This document shows, in pieces, positions 17,609 to 26,141 of a stretch of 32,000 nt of DNA (positions are counted from its first letter, which is position 1; every line of letters starts with the position of its first letter). Origin of the DNA: Enterobacteriaceae bacterium. Lineage in GTDB: Bacteria > Pseudomonadota > Gammaproteobacteria > Enterobacterales > Enterobacteriaceae. Position numbers and translations under genes: made by a program. The notes under the pieces were generated by a model, which was given only the letters and a program-made list of their open reading frames with translations, had not been told where the DNA came from and did not search any database. The stretch is taken from NCBI GenBank assembly GCA_902363335.1, contig CABIZV010000004.1, positions 411,941-443,940 on the forward strand, written 5' to 3'.

Positions 17609-17772
17609 AACGCCCCGAAAATACCCGTCTTTTTAAGAAAAATAGCGATGCATGCCTATGCTGCATGGTTTTGCATACAAAACCCTGAATTTTCCACACC
17701 CCGCCGCGCCAGCACTGGCGTGGCCTGAGCCCCTTCATCCACCTGCATTAAAAGTGCCCCACGAAGCGGGCA

Positions 17773-17791
17773 GGCGTGGCGGGGAGAGCAT
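17773..17791. other. cos cohesive-end site (P2/P4 type, variant)
   Basis: ggcgtggcggggagagcat matches the P2/P4 19-nt cohesive end GGCGAGGCGGGGAAAGCAC at 16 of 19 positions by my count. It lies between psu and the cargo slot, as in P4. Confidence 0.7.
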
Positions 17792-17982
17792 TGCGCGCCA
17801 TGTTTAATGGCGGGATAAATATCTTGAGTCATCACGCGATAGTTATTTTCTGAGTTATTAGGTCATTTGTTGAACAAAGTTATTATTTAACTCTAAATAT
17901 TGGAGTAGGGATAAAAACATGGTAATCCTTAGGTAAATATAAGGTGGAAGTTATCTGTCCAGAATTTCACGGGTAAATTAAT

Positions 17983-18015
17983 AAAGACAACAAATATGTT
18001 ATACTTGTTGTCTTT
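17983..18015. terminator. Perfect 11-bp-stem hairpin just downstream of the NACHT gene stop
   Basis: The sequence is aaagacaacaa-atatgttatac-ttgttgtcttt. It begins 12 bp past the stop at 18027. It probably insulates the cargo gene from the cos/psu region. Confidence 0.55.
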
Positions 18016-18026
18016 ATTATCTCTAT

Positions 18027-19985
18027 CTAAAATCCTTCTAGTAGTTTATTAATTCCGTTACTATCATCATGACGTATCTTATCTAATTCTTCTAGTGCTT
18101 TTCGATATTTGAGTTGCGGCGTTTTATCAAAAGATAATATTCCTGAAATTAACTTTAAATCAAAGCTCTCAGTGCAATTAAAAATATTATCGAAGTTAAC
18201 ATCTATTTTTAATTCATCTGTGTTTTTGATGGCTCGACGAACTTCGCGACCTAGATTTTCATCGTCACTGTTTAATCTATTTTCGCTGTGAAAGTATTCA
18301 GGGTTTCTTGATTTTAGAATGCTAAGAATGTAAGAAATGATAGTTTCATTTCTGGCAATGACGACCCATGTATTTCCAATGTCTGCAAAGGTTGTATTAA
18401 GATAACCATCTTTAGTGTTTAGTTCTTTAAATTCTCGGAAATCGCCGTTAATTAAATTAGAAAGTGTTGCATTCTCTACCCTTTTGGAAAACATGTAAAT
18501 TAATGACCTTCCTGGGAACAGTAGTTCAGCTTTAGAAACAACATCTTTTGGATTGCAGGCTGATTTATTTTGAATGAGTCTATCATATAGGAGGACGTAA
18601 TCTTCGAGTAGTGTTCTTATTACACTTGATCTGAATGTTGAGTAATCAATATCAGCACATAATTCAAATAGGTTTTTATGTCTGATAGATTCTTCAGTTT
18701 GATAAAGCTTAGTTAGTATTCCTCTTTGTCTCTCTTTCGTATCTCTGCAAATAAACATTGCAGCGAAGTACTCCATTAATGACTTATGAGACCATCTAAT
18801 AATTGCACCTTCCTTGACAAATAATGGAACGGTCTCAATTAAATCCTTAATGAATGAGGAAGGCGAAACTCTCATGCCAGGTATTTTTGATACAATATCA
18901 TTTATAATTATTTGCAAATCATCTTTTGTAAATTCAATACGTCCACCCTCCTTAAGACACCAAAAACCTAACCTTCTTAAAATTTGGTGAAAATCGGTAG
19001 AGTCGAGTTTTGAATATTTTTCTCGGACATACCCAAGTTCTTTAGTGAGGTCGTGGGACTCAAATAAAGCATCAAAAACTTGGCTATAAAATAGTTCTTT
19101 TTTACGGGGGATTATTGGTTTGAATTTATAAGCACAAAATAATAGCGAGACATATAAAGGAGTAGATAGGAAATCATCAAAATTACGACCTTCCTCTAAA
19201 CGCAAACCTTTTATTAATTGACTCGATATATAGCCTGTGTTGTCATATCTTCTTATTAAATCATAGGCTTGATATGTATCTAAAGGTCTAATTTTAAAAC
19301 GTGAAAAACCATAAAGTTCAGATAGGAAACTGTCATGACGTGATGTGATTATTATCTTGCTGTTCGGGAAGTTATCAGCAAAGTCTCTTAATAAAGTAAC
19401 AACTGTTGATTTAATATCTTGAGGTATTTCATCAATGCCATCGAAAAGATAAATGAAAGGAATTTCTTTAATGCACTCATTAGAAACACTTTTCCCTAGG
19501 CCAAGAAAATTTTTGATTTGTTCAGATATACTATAATCTTTTATGCGGCGCAACTCTAAATAAATGGGAATGTAATTGGTTTCTTCGATGCAGTACATTG
19601 CTATCCGCTTCATTAGGGTCGACTTACCCATTCCAGCAGAATCGGTGATAAGTATATGATTGAAAGAATTAAGTAAGTCTATTTTGTTATTAATTAGACA
19701 TTCGTAGTTGGACTTTTCGTTATCATGAAATACAGAAATTGGTTCATATATTCTTTTGAGCTCGACAGGTGTATTTTGAAAAGCTAGAGTGTTAACGAGA
19801 GAGCATTGCCCACCCATTCTAGCGAGAAAGAATTCCATTCTCTCATTAAGGAATCGTGCTGCTTTTATATCATCATAGTAACCTTTTATTCGTGAGGAAA
19901 TAATTGGTACGATTTTATTTTTAATTACCTCTTTTGCCCAAGGTAACGATGCAGCTATCATTCCTTCCAATGTTACAGGTTGCAT
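18027..19985 (-). CDS. NACHT-family STAND NTPase (bacterial NLR-related protein); candidate anti-phage defence gene
   Basis: 652 aa counted from the ATG at 19985, with AGGAGA 5 nt upstream. The track ORF starts at a TTG at 20000. Motifs are Walker A ITDSAGMGKSTLMKR, Walker B IYLFDGIDEI, sensor-1-like KIIITSRH, and a NACHT C-terminal signature RWSHKSLMEYFAAMF. The gene is AT-rich and sits in the psu-int slot. Confidence 0.8.
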   Translation of the reverse strand: MQPVTLEGMIAASLPWAKEVIKNKIVPIISSRIKGYYDDIKAARFLNERMEFFLARMGGQCSLVNTLAFQNTPVELKRIYEPISVFHDNEKSNYECLINNKIDLLNSFNHILITDSAGMGKSTLMKRIAMYCIEETNYIPIYLELRRIKDYSISEQIKNFLGLGKSVSNECIKEIPFIYLFDGIDEIPQDIKSTVVTLLRDFADNFPNSKIIITSRHDSFLSELYGFSRFKIRPLDTYQAYDLIRRYDNTGYISSQLIKGLRLEEGRNFDDFLSTPLYVSLLFCAYKFKPIIPRKKELFYSQVFDALFESHDLTKELGYVREKYSKLDSTDFHQILRRLGFWCLKEGGRIEFTKDDLQIIINDIVSKIPGMRVSPSSFIKDLIETVPLFVKEGAIIRWSHKSLMEYFAAMFICRDTKERQRGILTKLYQTEESIRHKNLFELCADIDYSTFRSSVIRTLLEDYVLLYDRLIQNKSACNPKDVVSKAELLFPGRSLIYMFSKRVENATLSNLINGDFREFKELNTKDGYLNTTFADIGNTWVVIARNETIISYILSILKSRNPEYFHSENRLNSDDENLGREVRRAIKNTDELKIDVNFDNIFNCTESFDLKLISGILSFDKTPQLKYRKALEELDKIRHDDSNGINKLLEGF

Positions 19986-20004
19986 GAGATCTCCTATCAA
20001 TATT

Positions 20005-21192
20005 TCAATTGTGGACTTTAAGTCCCCACCAATTCATTAGTTCTATTCTTGCATTTAAATATGTTGAGCGATTATAAGCTTTACGAACCTCGTTGTTATC
20101 CGAATGAGCTAACGCAGCTTCTACTACGTCACTGTTGAATCCCGCCTCATTCATAGCCGTGCTTGCTATGGATCGCAATCCATGGGCAACTAGTTTCCCA
20201 CCATAACCAATGCGCTTAAGTGCGGCATTGGCAGTCTGGCTATTCATTGGTTGTTTAGGGTCATTTCTGCTAGGAAAAACATGTTCTCGATGGGCGCTGA
20301 TTGGCTTCATTACTTCCAAAATTTCTAATGCTTGGGGAGATAAAGGTACGGTGTGCTCTCGTTTAGCCTTCATCCGTTCGGCTGGAATCGTCCAGAGCTT
20401 TGCATCGAGATCGATCTCTACCCATCTAGTACCGGAGGCCTCAGAAGGGCGCACGAGGGTTAGGAGCTGCCATTCAATTAGGCAGCGAGTCGAAACTGAG
20501 AGATTCGACATCACCAAAGAACGCATGAGTTTTGGTAATTCTTCTGGTCGTAGCGTTGGCATGTTTTGCTTTTTGGGTTTTTCAAATGCCATACCAATAC
20601 CTGACGCTGGGTTGGCATCAATCAAACCGGTGTTAACCGCATAAATCATTATCTCGTTAATACGCTGCACCAGTCGGCGTACTGTCTCGAGTGCTCCACG
20701 TGCTTTGATTGGTTCAAGGGCTTCAACCAGTGTTCGGGCTTTGATTTGCTGGACAGGAATCTCACCGATGGCAGGGAATACGTCTTTTTCGAGTGAGCGC
20801 CATATATCTTTAGCGTAATCAGGGGTAACGCTTTTGCTTTTGAGCCTGAACCAGTTAGCGGCGACAGTCGAAAAAATACTGTCCAGAGCGATTTGCTGCT
20901 GTTCCTCTGCAACTTCGGCCTGAATTTGCGGGTCGATTCCGTTGGCTAATAAGGCGAGGTAATCCGCTCTTAGCCCTCGGGCATCAGCAAGCGAAAGGGC
21001 AGGGAAGGCTCCGAGCCCCATCATTGTCCGCTGCTTTGTTGCCGGACGTTGATAACGGAAACGCCAGAGCTTTTTCCCACTGGTTTTCACTATCAGGAAA
21101 AGCCCATCGCCATCATGCAGCGTTAGATCCTTCTCTAATGCTTTAGCGCGCAGAACTTCAGTGTTGGTCAGGGGGCGTGTTGTCCGTGCCAC
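20005..21192 (-). CDS. int: P4-type tyrosine integrase
   Basis: 395 aa with a GTG start. The N-terminal arm-binding domain is LTLHDGDGLFLIVKTSGKKLWRFRY. The catalytic region has TLVRPSEA (R), HGLRSIAST (HxxR) and the LAHSDNNEVRKAYNRSTY (H...Y) motif. Confidence 0.92.
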   Translation of the reverse strand: MARTTRPLTNTEVLRAKALEKDLTLHDGDGLFLIVKTSGKKLWRFRYQRPATKQRTMMGLGAFPALSLADARGLRADYLALLANGIDPQIQAEVAEEQQQIALDSIFSTVAANWFRLKSKSVTPDYAKDIWRSLEKDVFPAIGEIPVQQIKARTLVEALEPIKARGALETVRRLVQRINEIMIYAVNTGLIDANPASGIGMAFEKPKKQNMPTLRPEELPKLMRSLVMSNLSVSTRCLIEWQLLTLVRPSEASGTRWVEIDLDAKLWTIPAERMKAKREHTVPLSPQALEILEVMKPISAHREHVFPSRNDPKQPMNSQTANAALKRIGYGGKLVAHGLRSIASTAMNEAGFNSDVVEAALAHSDNNEVRKAYNRSTYLNARIELMNWWGLKVHN

Positions 21193-21210
21193 TGTGGCCG
21201 CTCCTTCGTG

Positions 21211-21266
21211 AATTGGTATACGTTTTTAGGTCTACATCTTACCGTATACCTAAACGTATACCAATT
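21211..21266. repeat. Inverted pair of putative integrase arm-type sites
   Basis: aattggtatacgtttttaggt (21211-21231) is the reverse complement of acctaaacgtataccaatt (21248-21266), with a 2-nt insertion. It lies between the int start and the att repeat. Confidence 0.6.
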
Positions 21267-21317
21267 ATCACTGGATTCAGGCGGATCATCTCGGATGATC
21301 ATGGACAAATAACAGAT

Positions 21318-21411
21318 ACAAAAAAGCCCGCAAGGCTTACGCTTAGCGGGCTTTCAGGACTTCCTCGGACGACTCTGGTAATCGTTGAGGGAGAATTTTG
21401 GTGGGCTGGGG
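21318..21411. repeat. Right copy of the 94-bp imperfect direct repeat (att); identical core at 21390-21411
   Basis: See 9553-9646. It contains the homologous hairpin and the GC-stem/GNRA-loop/U-run terminator (minus sense). Confidence 0.85.
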
Positions 21412-21694
21412 TCCCTGTAATTAGCCATTCATTCCATTGATTTTTAATGTTATTTATACTATGAATTTTATGTGTGGTTCTAAAAAGGAACCATAAATCG
21501 TAATGGTATGGGTTATCACGATTAGCGGATTGGAGAATTGTATCAAAAGGAAACAAATTCTTCAGTTCAACTCCCTGCTAGTAGCTGAACTGCGCAAGCA
21601 GGATCTGCTTTTCACCGATTAGTGAATGCGGTAGTTTTTCAGCGAAACTGAATTCTATCCGTAGGGCAGTACCAGCATAGGTGGAGAATGGATT

Positions 21695-22540
21695 TTGAAC
21701 AACTGGTCACCAGAGCACACAAAAGACATCAAGAGTTGGTTTAAGATTGATACATATCGCAAATTTGAAGACCTCTCATTGCTCCAGTTTTACCATGAGA
21801 TATGGGCTCGTAACTTGTTCTTTAAGGAGTATCGGGAAGAGTTTGAGAGCAGAACTCTTATGGGTTACTTCTCAAAAATTTTCAGTGGCAATCCTTTTTT
21901 AATTGAAGAAGGGCAACTGGGATACATGACTCCTGCCAATAAACTTTTTCAGCCTCCCCATTTTTTTCTAACAACTCTTGATCGCCTTGCTGAAACGAGC
22001 ATCATTGCTATGCAACGCGGAGGTTTTGTTTGGGATGGTGATGACAATTATTCAATAAACAGAGATCTTCGGGAAGAATCACTTTCAGATATTATGCCAG
22101 ATCAGTTTTCACGAACAGTCATGTTCGAGATTGATTTGGCAAGTGGCACAGACGAAGAGATTGCAGAGTCGCTTAAAGCTGCATTACCGCAGTGGCGTAA
22201 AATCAAAAGTATCGAACCAGATCCTTTAGAATCAGTTCGCTTTGGGTATGGAACTATCAAGAAACTCATCAGTTATCGTGTGATACCTATGCTGGATATC
22301 CTGGTGTGGGCAGCCGTTAAAAAAATCCGTGTCTCTGACGACAGGTTATCCAGACTGCTATATACAGACGATGACGAAGAAAGCGAAATGAGGCAGTCTA
22401 GCCAAATCAAAGATACCGACAGGCCTTTGGCTCTTAAATCCTGCACAACTGACTTTATCCGACAATTCCATTACTTCATGAACAAAAATAGCCATTTGAA
22501 GCAAATGAAAGTCTCTGATGTAATGAAACTATCTGATTAG
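21695..22540 (+). CDS. Hypothetical protein (281 aa, TTG start in the track), unknown function
   Basis: Long ORF in an AT-rich region with an acidic stretch (YTDDDEESE). I recognise no motif. Confidence 0.5.
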   Translation: MNNWSPEHTKDIKSWFKIDTYRKFEDLSLLQFYHEIWARNLFFKEYREEFESRTLMGYFSKIFSGNPFLIEEGQLGYMTPANKLFQPPHFFLTTLDRLAETSIIAMQRGGFVWDGDDNYSINRDLREESLSDIMPDQFSRTVMFEIDLASGTDEEIAESLKAALPQWRKIKSIEPDPLESVRFGYGTIKKLISYRVIPMLDILVWAAVKKIRVSDDRLSRLLYTDDDEESEMRQSSQIKDTDRPLALKSCTTDFIRQFHYFMNKNSHLKQMKVSDVMKLSD

Positions 22541-22820
22541 AATTACATTTATAACTATTTGTTTTAATTGTTAAAATTAACTAAAGGCATCATTGTGAAT
22601 GGTGCTTTTTTTTGCGATTTTTACTTTAAACCGGGCATTTTGACACTTGCTATAAAACGGGGGAATTTCAGCTACTCTCAAGTTCCCCTTTTCTGTACGG
22701 CACCAACTTCGAGAAAAACATCCTGCATAGCTACGAAGAACCTCCGCTTCAGGAGCTTCGCTCTTTTCTTTTCCCAACTGTTCGTATAGTGACTTCACCG
22801 CAACGACAAGGGATAACGAA

Positions 22821-23027
22821 ATGAAAAATCAAGCAACCCGCCTAATACGATTACCAGAAGTTCTCGAACGAACTGGCTACGGAAAAGCCTGGATATATCG
22901 TCTGATCAACGATGGTAAGTTTCCTGCTCCTGTCAAAATTGGAAGTCGTGCAGTAGCTTTCGTTGAAAGTGAGATTGATACCTGGATTCAGTCTGTTATC
23001 GAAACAAGTCGAAATAATGTTGCTTAA
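22821..23027 (+). CDS. alpA: AlpA-family phage/island transcriptional regulator or excisionase
   Basis: 68 aa. It carries the RLIRLPEVLERTGYGKAWIYRLINDGKFPAPVKIGSRAVAFVESEIDTWI canonical AlpA motif. Confidence 0.9.
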   Translation: MKNQATRLIRLPEVLERTGYGKAWIYRLINDGKFPAPVKIGSRAVAFVESEIDTWIQSVIETSRNNVA

Positions 23028-23047
23028 TTGAACTTAGGAGTGATTTT

Positions 23048-23347
23048 ATGAATATCGAAGAATTTGTAAGCGAAGAAAACCATATGTGCAATTTATGCGG
23101 AGATCTTTTTTACAAGATCTTTGACCAAGAAGTGATTTATGACTTACCTAATAACGAGTTTAATAAAGAAATCATTTACTGGCTCAGTCAGTACCTTGTA
23201 GGAAATCTGAGAGAACCTTTAGACTCGATCTCTGAGCTTAATGCTTGCAAACAGATATATGTTTACGAGACCTGGTTATCTCTAATTAAATGTCCTGATG
23301 AATTGAAACTCCTAGCGAAGCGGATAATTTTATATCTAATGGATTAA
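23048..23347 (+). CDS. Hypothetical protein (99 aa)
   Basis: The ORF starts 20 bp after alpA, with AGGAG upstream. No recognisable motif. Confidence 0.45.
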   Translation: MNIEEFVSEENHMCNLCGDLFYKIFDQEVIYDLPNNEFNKEIIYWLSQYLVGNLREPLDSISELNACKQIYVYETWLSLIKCPDELKLLAKRIILYLMD

Positions 23348-23641
23348 GAGCTTTTTATGAAAATGTAAAGTTTGCTGCATAATTTATCTTAAAACTTTAC
23401 AGAATAACTTACATTATTTTGGTTGCCGTTTATTAGCAAGGCAGTGAGATAGTTTTCGAAGTATTAGGTGTACATAATAATAACTAGATCTACCAGATGA
23501 TAATTTGACAGGAATAAACATATATCTCACTGTTTTAATTTAACTAAATGGCTTAATCAATTCAAATAAATTTGTAAATCTACGAAATGCTTATTATTAA
23601 TATATTGGAATTATACTTTTTGTAAAGTTTAGGAGGAAAAT

Positions 23642-24844
23642 ATGTGCAGTATTTGTGTGGATTCTTTTATGTTCGAAAATGGTGAGAGATATTGTCATGT
23701 TGTAAATAAAGATACTGGTGAGCCATTGTATTATCCAAACTTGTATATAACAACACAAGTCAGGAATCGGTCAGAGTCTATATCAACAATGAAGGTTATC
23801 GCTGGGAGCATTTCATTGTTATATCGATTCTTTATGAGAAAAAATATCAATATTGATGAAAGAATTCAGAAAAGGATATTTCTGGCTCCTCATGAAATTG
23901 AAGATTTGATCGAATTCACTTCATTCAATTTTCGAGATGGCGAGAATGATAATTTTAGAAGTTCAAATGTCAAAAAACCAACTAAGTACTTTCGGATAAC
24001 AACCATAGCTAACTATCTGGAATGGCTGTGCAAAATACATCTTTCTCATACAGGACAGAAGGATACTCTCAAATATATTTTAGATTTCATAAACAACATA
24101 AAACGAAAGAAACCGAGAAATAATGATAAATATAATATGGATATAGAAAAAAGTTTAAATAATGAACAATTGGATTCTTTGTTTAGCATTCTTGCACCGG
24201 GTAGCAAATTAAATCCTTTTTCAGAAAAAGTGCAAAAAAGAAACAATCTAATATTCCTGCTATTACACTGCTTTGGCCTGAGAGCAGGTGAACTTTTGAA
24301 TCTGCGAATTGGTGATATAGATTTTGCAGAATCGACAATTGCAATAAGAAGAAGAGCAAATGATAAAACAGATCCGCGAGTGTATCAGCCTTTAGTTAAA
24401 ACTTGTGAGAGGAAATTAATTGCTGATAAAAAGCTCATGTTTGAAATTTCAGATTATATTCTGAATGATCGAAGAAACATAAAAAATTCTAACAAACATG
24501 ATTTCCTGTTTATTACTTATAAGGAAGGAAAAACTCAAGGGCAACCTATTTCATTTTCTTCATATCACAAAGTGGTGAGTGTTGTTCGTCAATCCTCCTC
24601 ACTTCTAGGGGGATTGACAGGTCACAAACTCAGACATACATGGAATTATGAGTTTTCGAAAGCAATAGACAAGAATCAGGACATATCCGATGAAAAAGAG
24701 CAACAAATCCGTTCTTATCTCATGGGATGGCGACCGGGTTCAGAAACTTCAATGATTTATAATCGCAGGCATATTTATGAGCTATCGAAAAAAACTGCAC
24801 TTGAACAACAAGAGCAACTATTCAAAGGAGAATTTGATGAATAA
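23642..24844 (+). CDS. Tyrosine recombinase 1 of the trio (GinA/TnpA-like)
   Basis: 400 aa. Catalytic motifs are GLRAGELLNLR (R), GHKLRHTWNYEF (HxxR) and the LMGWRPGSETSMIYNRRH (W...Y) motif. Confidence 0.85.
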   Translation: MCSICVDSFMFENGERYCHVVNKDTGEPLYYPNLYITTQVRNRSESISTMKVIAGSISLLYRFFMRKNINIDERIQKRIFLAPHEIEDLIEFTSFNFRDGENDNFRSSNVKKPTKYFRITTIANYLEWLCKIHLSHTGQKDTLKYILDFINNIKRKKPRNNDKYNMDIEKSLNNEQLDSLFSILAPGSKLNPFSEKVQKRNNLIFLLLHCFGLRAGELLNLRIGDIDFAESTIAIRRRANDKTDPRVYQPLVKTCERKLIADKKLMFEISDYILNDRRNIKNSNKHDFLFITYKEGKTQGQPISFSSYHKVVSVVRQSSSLLGGLTGHKLRHTWNYEFSKAIDKNQDISDEKEQQIRSYLMGWRPGSETSMIYNRRHIYELSKKTALEQQEQLFKGEFDE

Positions 24845-26141
24845 TTTAATTAAAAATAAATCTGATAAAATGTCTTTGCATGAACATAAAATCGTCAGTT
24901 CGATTGAAAATAACGGAATCAATCTTACAAACTTAATATATGCTATGAACGAAAATTTGGTTTGTGGGTTTGTATATACAGTACAATATTATTTTAATAG
25001 CAACAGCTATTTGTATGTGAAAAATATTGTTAGAAATATGGAGAGTCTTATCCGTAAACTATCTCCTACTCATATTGATGATAAGGTTCTAATTGAATAT
25101 CAAAATAAGAAATTATCAAAAGCCTCAGCATCATTTCGCGTTTTACGACCATTTTTGATTAAATGGTTTGAGTTAGGATATCCGGGAATAGATGAAAGTG
25201 CGGTAGAACTGTTAAAGCATTTGGACCTAAAAATAAAAAAATCTGGTCAGTCTGTGCTTCAAGATGATCCAACAGAGGGACCATTAAATAAAGAAGAACA
25301 TACTTCTTTGATTAAGGCTATGAATCATGCATATAGAAAAGGTGAACTGTCACTGCCACATTATGCAATATCACTATTGATCAGTCTTACAGGTAGAAGA
25401 CCTCAGCAGTTAGTTATGTTGAAATATAAAGACCTTCTTCAAAAGAACTTAGATAATGGCAAAGTAGAATATGTAATTTCAGTGCCACGAGTAAAACAAC
25501 GGGGTAAAGAACTACGATATCGAGAACTTGCAATAATATCAGAGGTTGCATCAATTGTTCAATTGCAAGCTAATCAATCAGTGAAACTTGTTGAGCAAGC
25601 TCTTGGAAAAACTCTTGATGATTATTCTAAACGAGAAGTTCCTATTTTCTTAAATGAGGAAAAACTCTCAGATTTATCCATAACAGGTTCAATTCTTCTG
25701 GAATATAATAAATTATATGCGAAGCCTACAATTGCTAATGTAGCATTGAAAAGTATTGTTAATAATGGGAATGTAATATCCAACCGTACCGGTTCGATAC
25801 TAAATATTACTCCTCGTAGGCTTCGTTATACAATAGCAACTATGCTGGCTAAGAATGGGCATAATGTTAATACTATAGCTGAATTATTGGATCATTCATC
25901 TACTTCAAGTGCGGGGATTTATATTAAAAATCATGCTGACAGTGTTGAAAGGATTGATTCCGCTGTTTCAGAACAATTGTCATTTGTCGCTGATATTTTT
26001 ATGAACGGAATCAAATCGAAAAAGAGTAGTCATTTCAAATTTTTTTCTTCAAGTAGATGCCAGAGTCAGAATTCAGGATTTCCTTGCAATCAATGTATGT
26101 TTTTTATTCCGATTGATCGCAGTGAGGTGAATCAACTATGA
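24837..26141 (+). CDS. Tyrosine recombinase 2 of the trio (GinB-like)
   Basis: 434 aa counted from the ATG at 24837, with AAGGAG upstream. It overlaps the previous gene by 8 nt. Motifs are LTGRRPQQL (R), PRRLRYTIATMLAKNG and LLDHSSTSSAGIYIKN (H...Y). Confidence 0.8.
   Translation: MNNLIKNKSDKMSLHEHKIVSSIENNGINLTNLIYAMNENLVCGFVYTVQYYFNSNSYLYVKNIVRNMESLIRKLSPTHIDDKVLIEYQNKKLSKASASFRVLRPFLIKWFELGYPGIDESAVELLKHLDLKIKKSGQSVLQDDPTEGPLNKEEHTSLIKAMNHAYRKGELSLPHYAISLLISLTGRRPQQLVMLKYKDLLQKNLDNGKVEYVISVPRVKQRGKELRYRELAIISEVASIVQLQANQSVKLVEQALGKTLDDYSKREVPIFLNEEKLSDLSITGSILLEYNKLYAKPTIANVALKSIVNNGNVISNRTGSILNITPRRLRYTIATMLAKNGHNVNTIAELLDHSSTSSAGIYIKNHADSVERIDSAVSEQLSFVADIFMNGIKSKKSSHFKFFSSSRCQSQNSGFPCNQCMFFIPIDRSEVNQL

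Larger units (their letters stand above)
9625..21411 (-). mobile_element. Integrated P4-like phage satellite (PICI-like, P2-helper dependent), apparently complete
   Basis: It is bounded by the 22-bp core repeats. It contains int, cos, psu, delta, sid, iterons, a vis/alpA-like gene, P4-sized left-operon ORFs and alpha, in the order expected for a P4 prophage. Confidence 0.9.

Noticed and set aside
21299-21556. 85-aa minus-strand ORF running across the right att repeat.
   Set aside because: It reads through the terminator hairpins and the att core. The apparent similarity to a short frame in the left copy is explained by the DNA repeat. It has no RBS.
22568-22798. Pair of mutually antisense 73-aa ORFs in the leader upstream of alpA.
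   Set aside because: They overlap each other almost completely, and neither has a convincing RBS or motif. The region is more plausibly a promoter or leader for alpA. I cannot exclude a small gene.
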